Assembly (NCBI GenBank): GCA_951406725.2
Contig: OX597815.1
Coordinates: 168,702,001 to 168,766,000 of the forward strand
Length of the DNA stretch: 64,000 bases
DNA from: Octopus vulgaris
Lineage: Eukaryota
Direction: 5' to 3'
The translations under genes and the position numbers were made by a program. Positions 25,784-40,245 of the stretch are shown here, in pieces (the first letter of the stretch is position 1; the number at the start of each line of letters is the position of its first letter). The notes under the pieces are model-generated. The model had not been told where the DNA came from. It ran no database searches and worked only from the letters and a program-made list of their open reading frames with translations.

Positions 25784-26244
25784 ACACTTATATATACGAT
25801 ATACATTGTACAGTGTGATATATATTAAGAATTTTAAGTGGATTTCCTCTGCTCATATGAAATGTAATAAGTGTTTGTCGTGCGGTGGGATTATTTCTAT
25901 TGACTATATCACACCCTTAAGGATGTGTAAAGTCTTCTATGTTAAGAAATTATCAATGAAGCAGTGAGAACAGTTGATGACTGAAATAGCACAATATAAT
26001 AGCAAATGTCATATTTTTTAGCTGTTGGTCTCTCTCGGTTCTCCCATACTGAGGTATATAAATTAAGCGTAAATAATAATTTCAAATTTTGACACAAGGC
26101 CAGCCATTTTTTTGTAGTGGGGTGGGCTTTGTCGGTTACATCGACCCCTGTGTTTAACTGCTATTTCTTTTATCGACCCTAAAAGGATGAAAAGCAAAGT
26201 TGACCTTGGTATGAGCTGAACTCACAAACGTTAGAAGAAATGCC

Positions 26245-26472
26245 TATTTCTTTACTACCCACAAGGGGCTAAACACAGAGAGGACAAACAAGGACAGACA
26301 AGGGGATAAAGTTGACTATATCGACCCCAGTGCGTAATTGGTATTTATTTAATCGACCCCGAAAGGATGAAAGGCAAAGTCGATCTCAGCAGAATTTGAA
26401 CTCAGAACGTAACGGCAGATGAAATACCGCTAAGCATTTTGCCCGGCGTGCTAACGTTTCCGCCAGCTCGCC
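26245..26472 (-). mobile_element. SINE family C nested in an older C-like copy, TSD AGAAGAAATGCC
   Basis: TSD at 26233-26244 and 26473-26484. Confidence 0.9.
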
Positions 26473-26892
26473 AGAAGAAATGCCGTTAAGCATTTTGTCC
26501 GACTCGCTATTATCTTAGACAGCTCACTGCTACCTTAAATTTAGCATACACAATGTACTGGCACAGAATTAGCTTCGTACTTAATCAAAAATCATGCATG
26601 GCTCATAGAACAACACGGTGAATACATGGCGAGCCAGGTCTTCAACTAGTTTCACCTCTAAGTTTCATTCTATTTACGGCATTAATGACCCTGCCCAACT
26701 CAGAAAGCATGAAAGCCAAATTTCTAACATTTTCCCACCATAAAATTTTTTAAAATCTTTTATTTATTTTTATTTGCTGTTTTCTTCGAATTAGTTAAAG
26801 CAACCCTTCTCAGGTAATGTGATTATATCAAAGGATCATAAAAGGGAATTTGTACCAGAGTCGAAAAGGGTATATCATTAGCCATACAAAAG

Positions 26893-26931
<39 letters not shown>

Positions 26932-26961
26932 TATACATGCATACATATATACATACACACG

Positions 26962-27027
<66 letters not shown>

Positions 27028-27624
27028 TCAAACTCACACGCACACACACACATTTTAAAGCAAACGTTCGGTAGAGACAGAAACAAACAAACAAACAGTG
27101 TAAATATTCAAAGTCATTCAGATATATTTTCCTTTATTCAGTGAAATGTCATATCACGCTCTATTGATTCTTTTCAGTTTTTAAACCAAAAGACATTTTC
27201 CCACGATCCACTTCCTTATTTATGTCTAAAAGGGTGTAAATGTTGAATGATAAGCTTAATTGCCGATACTTCGTAAATTAATTTTCCTTATGATGATTTT
27301 TTTTTTCTCTGTTACTAGTATTTTACAGACATTTGAAATGACGAGCAAAAATAGTCCAAAAATGTATGAGGTTAAATTTTGTCGGTGAATGAATAAAGCC
27401 TACGAAGTCTGCAGAATAGTTCACGAATACTTGATAACTTGTAATCCTTGGACGGGAATGACAAAGATGAGTTCGGTAAGTTTGAGTCGAAAAAGGTGAG
27501 ACTCAGTCACTTAATCTGCGGCTGTGAACTTTTCTTCTAGCTTGCAGTCTTTGATTCAAAATTAGTAGCATGCCCCGAAAGTGAAATTACGAGTGTCTTA
27601 ATATAAACTGATGTTATAATGCTA

Positions 27625-28190
27625 TTGGGTTGTCCGGAAAGTTCGTGCCGATTTATAGCAGCTTACATTTCGACTTATTTTAGAACATGGTTGAGTCCAT
27701 AAAATAGGATTTGACTACACCTCCATTTAGAGCGCAGTTTAAGCTATCTTTTCGTGGAAGAAGGTTTATGTTCCTACAACATGTGTTAATTCTGTAACCC
27801 TTTAAAATGGAAGATAAGAAAGTTCATTTTCGGCACTTGATGCTTTGGGAACCAGACTAAAATTGCTGCAGCTCGGCTGGGATGTGTTACCCCACCCTCC
27901 ATATTCACCAGATATTGCTCCTTCGGATTTCCACTTATTAAAGTCTCTGCAGAATAGTCTTAATGGTAAAAATTTCAATTCCTTGGATGACGTAAAAAGA
28001 TACCTTGATGAATTCTTTGCTGTGAAACCACCTCAATTCTTGGAAGAGGGTATTTTCAAGTTAAAGGAAAGATGGAGACGCACTGTACAACAAAATGATT
28101 CATATTTAGTTGATTAAAAATGTAACGGCAAGCATTTATCGACCTTTTTCTTTCCTTTAAAAATCGGCACGAACTTTCCGGACAACCCAA
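27625..28190 (+). mobile_element. Internally deleted mariner (mellifera-like), TA TSD
   Basis: TIR TTGGGTTGTCCGGAAAGTTCGTGCCGATTT. MEDKKVHFRHLMLW is fused to LPHPPYSPDIAPSDF. Confidence 0.93.
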
Positions 28191-28609
28191 TAAAATGATA
28201 ATAAGGTACTAGGAAACATAAAAGTTAGAAAAAATCTTAAAGGAGTAATGCGAGCCTACGAGGGAAACTTTACTCAGCAGAACACAACAGATTTCTGTAT
28301 CCCTATGAGAAGTGGTGGTTCCTCACAGAATAAAGGATTTAAAGTCTAAATACAGCAAAAACTCTCAGTTTTACAATAAAAATAATGGCTTTACATAACA
28401 TTTTGAAGTCGTGGTTGTTTCTTATGCGTGGAAAAATATCGTTGTTATAGAATATGAATGCAGTAAACTGCTGATATAGTGTATGATTACGAAGCATAAA
28501 TTGAACGTAATGACTAATATCAGCCTTCCCGACTCAGTGTGATCACAGGTAAACTTTCATAAATGCATTTACGCACACACAAAGAGATAGAGGTGCACAC
28601 AAATACACA

Positions 28610-28669
<60 letters not shown>

Positions 28670-29479
28670 TACATACATACATGCAAACATTCACAAAAAC
28701 ACTAACACATGAATATACAGAATACATACATAGATTCATACACACACGCATACATACACACACACACACATACATACATACATACATACATACATACATA
28801 CATACATACATACATACATACACACACATGCATACGATGTACAAAAGGGATAGAGATGCAGGAAAAGCAGTAAAATGTGACAACCGATGCAGACTGTTCA
28901 GTTAACACGAAGATATCACCCACATCATAAACAGTTGTCCGAAAATGTCATCAGGAATTTATCTTTCGATGAGACATGATGTAGCTAGGACACTCTATAA
29001 TGAAATCCGTCGGAAGGACAGCCCCGAGGACAAAATAAATAAGAACCCACAGTATGGTAGAAGCCATATCCATTCATAATAAAAAGGAGTACTGGTGGGA
29101 TGTCTCAGTGAAAACCTCAATAAAATGTAAGCACAACAGACCTGATATAATGATTTGGGATAGGGAAATGTGTACATTCATTTTCTTAGCTTTTAAGCTG
29201 TAAAAGATCAGGCAATGCTAACTGAATGTCAGTAAGGTGAGATATAGAAGGTTTTATATTTTCAAGTCTGTTTGACTACCTTGTTTCTGAGCTGCCCTAT
29301 TGAGAACAACTTATGCGACTTCTAAGTAATTCCTATCGCTCAGGGCTAGAACTAATCAATTATTGTTTGAAATGCTTTAGGCCATCATGAGAAGTCTGGT
29401 GGATGACCCAGTAGGGTATCTCGGTCCTGGCCGCAGGAAGACGAAGAAAAAACAAATCATAAATCATTTGAACTGCTTT

Positions 29480-29720
29480 AAGTATGTTATGGCTTCCGGT
29501 ACCAAATCCACGAATCACTGTAGAAGGGGTGCCGACTTTGTCTAGCCGGTAGTGTTTGGCCTCCTCCATTAATTCCTGCTCTTTACCCTTAAGGGTTGTG
29601 ACATTCTAATTCACAGTCACTAATGGTTCTTCCCAAGTGGACCTGCTTCAAGATCCCGGGACATGCATTGTGCTCCCACCCACGCACCCCCAGAACAAGT
29701 CGCAAACTTATTGTTGGTTG
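29480..29720 (-). mobile_element. RTE-clade (Expander/Rex3-like) endonuclease N-terminal fragment
   Basis: NVTTLKGKEQELMEEAKHYRLDKVG..ST..RG.GT. Confidence 0.7.
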
Positions 29721-30712
29721 TACCGGCATTGGGTAGACATTGCAATGTATTTTTCAAACGGTTCTCACTACCTAAGATCCGAGTGCGACTCTTGTTAACC
29801 CGAGCGACGGACGATGCGATACGCTTATTCATTCGAACTCTTTCGAACTTTTTTCATAACGCAGCTTTTGGTGGTCTTATTCATATATACATTTTCTGTA
29901 AAACAATGTTTTTTGATTCCCCAAGATCTCCAAGTAGTTTGTTAACGTTAAGATTTGAAACTTGAAGACTGCATTTACAGACTCAGAATTCCTATAAACA
30001 TCGTAAGCAAAATAAAAATGAAGTTTATTGGCTTCGTCTTGAAAACTTGTAATTCGTTTCCTATTCAACAACTGATTTAAATATACCTTGGGATCTTTCC
30101 ATTACTGCAGGATTATCAAAAACATTTCTTTCTGACCAGCCAACGCTTCGTCCTTGAGTTGACGAATGTTTTGGTAGAATGTAATTCTGGTATTCCCCTT
30201 ACACACTTACTCTTATATTTACATGCGGACGTATGTTCGTGTTGATTGACACGCCATTACATTCATTATATATGTGTGTGTATACTGTATGTATGTATGT
30301 GTCTTGACGTCACGGAAGCCATGTTTTTTTTTCACCAAGAAATAACAAACAAAAATTGTGTGTTTAATCGTTTTCATGAATATATAGAGGTCCAAATATC
30401 ACAAAAATTTGAACTACACTGCTGAAAGTAAGTATGAAGATAAATATGAAGAACAAATTAAGATAACATATACTGAGATATTTCGGGAACACAGAAACAT
30501 CTCTATAGCTTTAGTATTATTAAGATTTGATGGTCTTCTGGAGTTTATGCTGTTGATTCAAAGTGTCTTAGTTCGTTGGCACTGCTCTACACGTGATAGC
30601 TTTCTTAATATCGCAGTGTCTTTGTAAGTATTATAACATCCTCGATAATATTACTAACAAAATAAAATCGAACTCAATATCTTTGTCGGGTATGTGTATA
30701 CATATGCATATA

Positions 30713-30779
<67 letters not shown>

Positions 30780-30784
30780 GTGAT

Positions 30785-31165
30785 TAATGAATATCAGGGT
30801 AGGAAAAGGTTTACAAATTTTTTACTACCAGTGGCTTAGCATGTAGAAAACTAGTCAATAGACTATATATTATTCATATAAATACAACGTACATTTAAAC
30901 ACATAAGAGGTAACCATCACAGAACACCTAACATGCTGGAAGGAATAGCCAGAATCCAAACCACTATTAGGGACAAATCTCGAAGAGAATGAAATATAAA
31001 AACATTTACCATCTATCTCCTGGACCATGGTTTCTAGCTCTATATTAGCAAATAAAATAATTTCCCTTCGAGATTTGTCCCTAATAGTGATTTTGGATTT
31101 TGGCTATTCCTTCTAGCATGCTAGGTGTCCTGTGATGGTTACCTATTATGTGTTTAAATGTACAC
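30785..31165 (-). mobile_element. Hairpin PLE-derived element in (TA)n (arms 30889-30985 / 31066-31163) with the 3' half of a hammerhead
   Basis: About 97-bp inverted arms. The loop carries GAAACCATGGTC on the minus strand (31023-31034). Confidence 0.75.
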
Positions 31166-31223
31166 TGTATATATATATATATATATATATTGATCAAAAT
31201 AAAAACATGATGCCAAGGATTCA

Positions 31224-31301
31224 GCGGTACATATGTTTCGGGCCTTTATTAGACAGATTTATAACAATGCATAATGTATGTCTGTGGCCTTCTTCAGCCG
31301 C
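31224..31301 (-). ncRNA. Hammerhead ribozyme in the inverted pLTR copy
   Basis: Reverse complement of the 34752-34829 motif. Confidence 0.78.
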
Positions 31302-32689
31302 GCACAACAACTTCCACAAGGACATGTGTTACATCAAAAATTTTGGTTGGGGATGCAAATCCTCTCATTCTCGTACGACATAATGCAGCAACAGCATAGA
31401 ATTGAAGCGTCCATCTCTTTCTTCTCTCAATGTAGAATGAGGAAATTTGGATGTTGAAGTAATGTAAATAAATTAATAAATAAATACATATATAGACGTG
31501 AAGGAACCTGGTAATAAGAGTAAATAGGGGTAAAGATGGAGGGGCGAGAATTTTACGCCGACCGTAAAACTCCCAATTATAATCGAACTCCGCACTCAAC
31601 TCATGCTAACGATAATTCTAATTTAAATTCTAAACAACGTATAGGAAATAGGTGAACTAATAGAATAGCACACAATAGTAACCCTCCCGACGAGAGCAAT
31701 ATAGATCCTATTAGGAGAAATAGAAGGGATAATAGTAGATTACGCAAATATATATGGTTCAACATACCATACAACTTAGCAGTTAGGGGTAAATTATGTA
31801 AGAGAATATTCTCTATCATTTCCAACAACTTCCCACCCACCCATAAGTATAGAAGTATCTTCTCCAACAAAACCATTAGGATTTCCTACTCTACCCTGCC
31901 CAACATGAGCTGCCTCATAGCTAAACATAACTATATTAATATTAGAACAGCTAGATCAAGAGCAAGCTATAGCGACCAACCGAACCCCCCTCATCCAGAT
32001 AGTAGACAATATAATCAGACTGGCAGCCATATTACCCAAACAGTTAGTAATAACACCCGCCAACACAACAGAGGCAATACCACACCAATCAACAACCATG
32101 AGGATATCAACGCCCCCACACGTAATGCAACACCTCCGCCTGGGATTAACAGCACACGACCGAGTAATGCAATGCACTGCAACTGCATATGTGCATCCGA
32201 GTGTCCGCTACAGGGCGCATGTAGGGCGAAAAACGTAATATATTCATGTGAGGTGAGTACCCAGTTTAACACACTCACCTACATAGGTTGCTCAACCTCC
32301 TGGAAATCCAGATACTACAACCACCGGTCCTCGCTGAAACACAGACATAAAGCTAACAGCACCTCCCTTTCTAAAAAAATATTTGGGAATTAAAAGACAA
32401 ATGCATAGGCTTCAAACTCAGGTGGTCCATCATCGGATCAGCTGCACCTTATTTAAATAATAGAGCAGGATGCCAACTATGTTGTGTAGAACTCCTGAAC
32501 ATCTTGAAATTCAAAGACAAACACAATCTTATTAACAAAAGGTCAGAGTTCAAACCATCCTGTATACACAAACTTATTAATACTTTCAAATACTACAAAG
32601 CTTAGGCTATTATACCAACTCCCCCATGCAATTTCCTCCCACCCGGTGCAACCTGTCGGCTCCAGCGCATCCCGCTTTCCTATATGTGC

Positions 32690-32721
<32 letters not shown>

Positions 32722-34751
32722 GTATATACATATATGTGTATGTATATGTATATATATATATATATGTGTGTGTGCGTGTGTGTGTGTGTATGTGCATATA
32801 TTTTTCCCTGCATCTTCCTCCTATATATACACATTTTGTCTCCCATATATATTCTTCCTATCTAGTCTCTTTATTTCCCTATATCTATACCTTTTCACAT
32901 TTCTAACTCGGATGTTGAACGCACACCGCCAAACTCCACTTCCCACCCTTCCAATTTTCAGTTCCCCCCGCCCGCCCCTACGTGGGCACCTTTAGCACAC
33001 ACCTTTAACTTTACACTTTCAACCACCTTTTATCTTTTCCTTCATCTCATGGGAAGCTTTACCAGATTATATTTTTATTTTACTTTATCCTATTCTATTT
33101 CGCTTTACCTTTATTCTTATTTTTATTTTCATTCCTTATTTTAATTCTTATAGTTCTTATAATTTTTATATTTTATTTCTAACTTTTATATTGTATTTCT
33201 TATTTTATATTGTATTTCTTACTTTTATTTCTAATTTTTATTCTTACCCTCATTCTTACCCCTAACTTATCGCTTTATATCTCTATATATGTCTATTTTT
33301 TTGCTTATCCCTTATTTACTTATCTATGGATCCGCTTTATCATTATACGTGCGTCCGTGTACGTATGTATACGTATACATATGTGTACATATGTACGAGT
33401 AAACATCTACGTCTGGATGTGCATACCCCGTTACTCATCTCTAATAATTTTCTTTAATAATTTTTAAAAATTTCTTACGTATTTCTTTACATTTTTTTAC
33501 ATGTTTTCGCAGATTTCTTATATGCATATGTTTACACATATTTGTATACATCCTTTAATATCTTATAGCTATACCTATACGCGCGTATGTCTCTGTGTGT
33601 GTATGTAAGTGTATATGTGCACGCACATATGGACACACAGCCGTGTGTGCGTGCACGTGTAGACGTGAGTGCGTGATTCTTTACATGTATTCTTATATAC
33701 ATCCTTTAATATCTTATATCTAAACCTGGATGTGTGAGCATCTGTGTATGTGTATGTAAGGATGGACGTACGTATGTATATATGGGTGTGTGTATATGCG
33801 TATGTATGTATGGGAATACATGTGCATATATGTATGCATGTGTGTATGTGTATATGTATATGTGTATGTGCGTGTGTGTGTGTATATGTATTTATATATA
33901 TATATGTACACGTATAATGTCCGGGTATACATGCGCATATTCTGTTGTATGTATGTATATATGCGCATGTGTGTGGGTGTATATGTGTTTATGTATATGT
34001 TTACACGTGAGTATGCTTATATGCTTGGAGCTGTGTATGCGCGCGTATATGTGCGCGTGTATATGGGTGTATGTATCCATGATGGTATGTATGTACAAGA
34101 TGACCACTTAATTCAAGGAGCTAGATTAACTGCTCAACAGCTCTGATTTACAATACACTAGGTCCCCAGACGCCCCTGTTGATTTATTGACACCCAAAGC
34201 TTCTACAACTAAATTTTGTCATTTTCCTGACCACCATGTTTGGTCCGTAACCTCTATACATCCCTTATCTTTATATTTTTTTAACATTTTTATCATTTTT
34301 ATTCCTATTTTTATTTTTTTAACTTTTATTTCTATTTCTATTTTTACTTTATAACCTTATGCCTTTATATTCATTTATATTTTTTTTATATTCTTTATAT
34401 CCCCTTTATATCTCCTTATATCTCTTTATATCTTTATACTCTACATTTTTATATTTTTCTATACTTACACTTTTTATATATTTTTTATCCTTCGTCCTGA
34501 ATTCTCGCCCCTCCATCTTTACCCCTATTTACTCTTATTACCAGGTTCCTTCACGTCTATATATGTATTTATTTATTAATTTATTTACATTACTTCAACA
34601 TCCAAATTTCCTCATTCTACATTGAGAGAAGAAAGAGATGGACGCTTCAATTCTATGCTGTTGCCGCATTATGTCGTACGCGAATGAGAGGATTTGCATC
34701 CCCAACCAAGAATTTTTGATGTAACACATGTCCTTGTGGAAGTTGTTGTGC

Positions 34752-34829
34752 GCGGCTGAAGAAGGCCACAGACATACATTATGCATTGTTATAAATCTGT
34801 CTAATAAAGGCCCGAAACATATGTACCGC
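34752..34829 (+). ncRNA. Minimal type-I hammerhead ribozyme in Penelope pLTR
   Basis: GCGG CTGAAGA AGGCC…GGCCC GAAAC ATAT GTA CCGC. Confidence 0.8.
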
Positions 34830-34949
34830 TGAATCCTTGGCATCATGTTTTTATTTTGATCAATTTACTCCACCACCTACACCACCAAACGGTATACACA
34901 GGTGCTTATAATTATCAAGTACTCACCCCGAATTTCTGTACTCAACTCA

Positions 34950-35051
<102 letters not shown>

Positions 35052-35135
35052 ATATATATATATATATGACCTCATGTGTACCGTTGGCGAATTTTTTCCT
35101 CTGTCTTCCCTTCTCTGGATCTTTCCTTCTCCTAT

Positions 35136-35170
35136 GTTTCCGACGAAGAGCTCCGCTCGAAACGTTAAAC
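35136..35170 (+). ncRNA. Ultra-minimal hammerhead-like motif (U4C variant) in a short pLTR-type element about 35067-35270
   Basis: GTTT CCGACGA AGAGC TCC GCTC GAAACGTT AAAC. Confidence 0.6.
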
Positions 35171-35266
35171 CCTCCTTCCTTCCTTCTTTCCTGAGCGTCC
35201 AATAATACTATATTTGTTCCACGTTCTCGCGTTGTTGTGTTTTTTTGTGCTTTCTTGTTTGGATTA

Positions 35267-35301
<35 letters not shown>

Positions 35302-35834
35302 GTATGTATATATGTATGTATGTATGTGTGTGTACGTGCGTCTGTGTGTGTGTGTGGACGATAAACAAAGAAACCTGTTTTAAATTTTTGATAATAATCG
35401 CTGTCGCGAGTTTCTTGGTGTTAGCTGATCATTGTGTGTTGCTGTTGCTGCCGCCCATTGGTTTCGTGTTGCGACAGCACTCTGGACAGCTGCTGGTTCT
35501 GTTATTGTCTGATTACAACCTTATGCTGTCTGCGTGTACTTTCCTCTGTTAGTGGCTAAAATCTGCTTAATATATAGTGGTGGTCTAGGCAAAAAAAAAA
35601 AAAAAGTAAAAATATGCACCAAAGATAAAATTGTTGTTACATCCCGTTCCACATGAAGACTTGAATTATCAGATTTTTTTTTATGACGTTGGTAGCATTT
35701 TAGCAAATTGCAATCGTATTCTTTAGCTGGTTTTTAAAATGTTATGTTTTAATGGGCTTTTGTTGCATCGGAAATAGTATTCCAAATTTGATCGCTAAAT
35801 ATTCTTGTATGTATGTATGCATGTATGTATGTAT

Positions 35835-36050
35835 GTGTAATTCGGCAGGAGGACTTAAACGACATGCAAAGGTACATGAAGCCCAGTTACAACTACAGCC
35901 GGCTATTACTAGTAAAGGTTTTAGTTGCCAATTTTGTACAAGACATTGTAGATCTTTAGCTGGGCTAAAAATTCACAATCGATCACAGCACCAGTAACAG
36001 TTAAGCTTCGTGCAATGGCCATACTCGATAACGAGGGGGCAGCCATAATG
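35835..36050 (+). mobile_element. RTE-type LINE 3' end (C2H2-like motif) within (ATGT)n
   Basis: FSCQFCTRHCRSLAGLKIHNRSQHQ*, short 3' UTR, then (ATGT)n. Confidence 0.7.
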
Positions 36051-36385
36051 TAATGTATGTATGTATGTATGTATGTATGCATGTATGTATGTATGTATGT
36101 ATGTATGTATGTATGCATGGATGTATGCATGTATGTATGCATGTATGTAAATATGCATGTATACATGTATGTATGTATGTATGTATGTATGTATGTATGT
36201 ATGTATGCATGCATGCATGTATGTATGTATGTATGTGCGTATGTATGTATATATGTAGGTAGTTAGGTATATGCAAGTGAACATTTACATACGTGTAATT
36301 CTGTGTTAGACGTGTATAAAAAAAAACGCGAGAACAAAAGCTATATACTCAATCGTTCTTTTTCATTTTATTTCATATATTCTCG

Positions 36386-36903
36386 TTAATTTTCACCATA
36401 TGAGCTTATAATCTCTTTCCATCTCTTCAAAAGGACTTCTTTTGGTGTCTTCCAGATTTTGCGAATCAACGGCCAGCCTTGAGCAGCAGTTGTCAGTGCA
36501 TACAAGTTTGTAGAATCTTGTTGATGTAGGTACCTTCCAATTGTCAATGACTTAGCAAGGCGACCACATATCAAAACAGGTAAAGCGTCAAGTTCCTCTG
36601 AATTCAATTTGATCTCCGAAAAGAAACCAGCTAGCATGTGACCACCAACATCTAATGAATCAATAATTTTGCTCTCGAGTGAGATGTAAGCAATAGAAAT
36701 TGCAACGTCATGAACTAAGTACGAGTATCTTGCGTGACCATAATCGATAATACCAGACACGCTATACGGCGACGAAGGTATTTTTCCAGCCATACCATTA
36801 ATGTTCGCCGAACAAAGTTTTTCGCTGCAATGCAGTGACTCGACTTCCTCATGTTTCTTTCTTACTATGATATTTATATGACTGTAGTCACCATGGACAT
36901 GAC
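36386..36903 (-). CDS. HYKK: HYKK terminal coding exon (catalytic HGDxxxxN, IIDYG, GGHMLAGF, TAAQGW; TAA stop)
   Basis: TTGCAG acceptor; 518 nt. Brenner motif HGDYSHIN and DFG-equivalent DYG present. The five exons total 1194 nt = 397 aa + stop with no frameshift. Confidence 0.93.
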
Positions 36904-37008
36904 CTGCAACGTTATAAATGTAAAAATTATCCAATTGAAATGAAATACAGACCAATGCTGGGATTAAATCGTTGAGTCACGCACAATTCCACGCACGCGC
37001 GCACGCAC

Positions 37009-37088
<80 letters not shown>

Positions 37089-38409
37089 CACAAGAATGTT
37101 TATCCCCACATCAATATGCTGTTCAGCGTTACTACCGTGTTTCACCCCAGGAAGAGCCTCCTCCAGCTGGTTATCGATGCTTCCTCCGGCTAGTATATAT
37201 TGGAAGCAGCGGAGAGAACCCCCACCATCTTCTAGCATACGACGGGATCACCAGACCGAAAGGTTTCGGACTATTTGTGCCTATCGTCAGTGGTGAACAC
37301 TCGGCCGCTAGAGACAGCAAGAATTTGCTCAAGGCCACAATATATAGAAAATGAAGTGACGATCAGTCACTTATCTTGCAACAAGTAATGTAGCTAGTTA
37401 CAAAATCTCTATAAGAGATGAAAGTAGTAACTATTATGGGAAGTAATGCTTCTCGCCTCATTAATATGGCTGTTCAACGGCGAGAGAATTAAGGATGGCT
37501 ACAAGTATCTGGGTACTTTGGAGTACAACAAAATCAAGGTCAAAATTAAACGTAAGTACACATGGTATAGAATATTAAAACAGAGAAATTAAATATAAAT
37601 ATACATGGCATTCTGTGATAGAGAAGGACTCCAAGAACCAATTGAGGAACCTAACCATCTTGCAGAGACGTTCGGTTCAGTCGGCTTCAGGTCCTGAAAA
37701 ACGAGTTGAATTTTTCAGCCATGCTCGGAGATATAGTTGATGGTGGTTGTATTGCGCCACAAAGGTGATAACGAATCACTGAGTCCTCTTGCTTTCATCC
37801 TTATATTGTGCTGTGTCTATTTTGAAGTATGAACTAATGACCAGAAGTGGTGCACTAATTTGGCTTGTCTCACCTCGCCTTCGGTATTGAAAACCAGCCA
37901 GGTTATTTCCATCAAAAGAGAATGCATTACCGTGCTCATCTGTCAGGACTTAGTTGCTCTTTTGAAAGAACATTGAATACTCTTCTGCATTTCCTGAACC
38001 AGACGCCTATCACTTTTCACTCTATTCTTAGTTCTTAGTTACATTTTTCAGGCAAGGAGCTACTGTCTTTTATAACACACTGCTTCCATTCTTCTTCTTG
38101 TGGAATTCGATTTTTGTCTAAAACATTCTCTGTATCCAGTGATACCCGAAAAAACTACTTCCATTGCCTCTAACGTTCTTACTCCAACATACAAACATTC
38201 AACTAATCTTTGCCATGCTTCCGTATGCAGTCGACTCGCATCTCTCATATTCTTTACTGAGAACAAGGAAGGCAGCCACAAGAAGGTATTTCTATTATGA
38301 TTTGGGAAAATATCCTAATATTTTACTAAGTCGAAATCAAATTTCTCATTATGGAGGCATTTTAGGGAGTCAGTTTTTGGTATTATTAGAGTTTCAAATT
38401 GGAAGTTAC

Positions 38410-38587
38410 CTTTCTGATATTTTGAGATATTTGGAAGAACTTCCTTTTTGAAAGTTTCAATGACCTCTTCGACTAACATTCGATCGTTTTCAATTTCGAT
38501 GAACTCTAAGTATTTAGTCAGTGTAGGTAGTTTCTCCAGATTCCAAATAAGTTGAGGTCTATTTTGGAAAAACGGATGAGAGAAATT
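38410..38587 (-). CDS. HYKK: HYKK coding exon 4 (NFSHPFFQNRPQLIWNLEKLPTLTKYL…FKKEVLPNISKYQK)
   Basis: Polypyrimidine-TTGCAG acceptor and G|GTAAC donor; 178 nt. IWNL..P.L.KYL and VI..FK.EV are HYKK motifs. Confidence 0.92.
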
Positions 38588-39750
38588 CTGCAATAAAAGA
38601 AAGGGAAATATATCTAGTTACATGACAGATATATTGTAGAAGACAAAAAAGTTGGTTTGAGATACTTGCCCTTTTCTAAAAGAGTCGTAGCATACTTGGC
38701 TGCTACAAAACAAATCTTTTGATTGAAAAGTGGAGATTTTGTATCCTATCAAAGATCCTGAAAACCGTTTTATAAATATGTGTATAGAAAGTTACAATTC
38801 ACCACTGAAAGTAGTGGAAATATAGAGTTATTGATGAATGTTGCTTTAACAGATATAACTGCACTTCATTTCTCACGTGATCGAAAGCCTAAAATAGGTA
38901 GGTTGTCTGCGAATAGTAATATCTCAAGCTTGTGACGTTATGAATATTTCCACAGAACATCTCTACAGAAATACAGTCTTCAGCAACAGGGATTAGTAAC
39001 AGAATAAAATAGTTTCTCAGAATTTCCGGCCATAAATTTTCAATAAGCATGATCGTACTGTATATTTAACAATGCTGATTAATAAAAGAAGAAAATAGCA
39101 GCAACACATAATCTCTGTTCTATATTAGATATTCGTATTTACTGAGAAATTAACCAGTTAGCTTGCTTGAAAAGCTCTAAGGCTCGGTGTGGGCAAAATT
39201 CGTTGGGTTAACGATTTGATAGGTGCAGTGACGACGTTAGCTTGATAAAGGCTAAGTTTGAAGATCAAAAGTGTTCGAGTGGAATATATATCGATCAGAA
39301 ATATCAGTAGGTTATGATATTAACAGTTGCAGAGCGTTCGGAATTGTAAAATATCCGGTTTGGGGGACTGCTGGTCTTCCATAAAAACAACCTTACCCAG
39401 ACTTGTGCCTCAGAGGGTAACTCTCTAGGTGCAAGCCCATGGTCAGTGTCTGACCGAAGGGGGTCACATCATCATTATAGTAGCGTGGGCATGGAAGGAG
39501 TGGAGAAAACATAAGTATTAAAGTCACTAAGAACGATGACTTTCTAGGATATTGTGAAATAAGTCTTCAATACAGGACGTGACGTGCAAATACTACCTGG
39601 CTGAGTTGAAGCTGGAATACAGAGTATATCAGGGTAGTATTTCTTTTTTAAGATTGTGGAGTGGATAGTTGATTAGTTTCAAGTAAGTTGACAGACCACG
39701 AAGAAACTTTCAGGGAAATGTGCATCTCTGAGAAATAGAATTTTACTCAC

Positions 39751-39899
39751 CTGTAATGACTTACTGATACGACCATGTAGCTTTCCAACATCATATAACA
39801 GAGATGGAACCAGAGGTACTGAACTTAACATTAATCCAGGAATGAAGGTCAAGAGAATAATCATATGACAATTCTTTGCTGAATCGGAGTCGTCTGTAT
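39751..39899 (-). CDS. HYKK: HYKK coding exon 3 (…HMIILLTFIPG…PLVPSLLYDVGKLHGRISKSLQ)
   Basis: TGTTTTAG acceptor and CAG|GTGAGT donor; 149 nt. LLTFIPG and LLYDVGKL match HYKK LLTYLPG and LLYEIGKL. Confidence 0.92.
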
Positions 39900-40245
39900 C
39901 TAAAACATTAAAAAACTTCATGTTTATCCATAAATACATAGAAAATAACAGTTCTTCAAAACGCACATGTGCATATCAACACAGCTAAACATTCATACAA
40001 ATTTCCCGTATGCATGTACACATTCATATATAAAAGAAATGGACCTCCGTCAATTTCGACGATAACTATTCAGTTGTTCAATCAAATGAAAAACTCTGCT
40101 TTAGCATGTGAAATAGATGACTATTCCACAAACACGTGTACCATTGACATAATCATCAGACAGAATCGGTATGACACAGCATGATACAAGGCTCGGTCTT
40201 TGAACTAAAGGTACAGCTGATTCAATGGGCTTCTATGCAGTTTCC

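Noticed and set aside
35752-35997. C2H2 zinc-finger gene exon
   Set aside because: Sits inside (ATGT)n with an RTE-like 3' UTR and tail; better explained as a LINE 3' end.
37600-38300. ORF-like sequence in the last HYKK intron
   Set aside because: No consistent frame or splice sites; looks like old LINE debris that cannot be classified.
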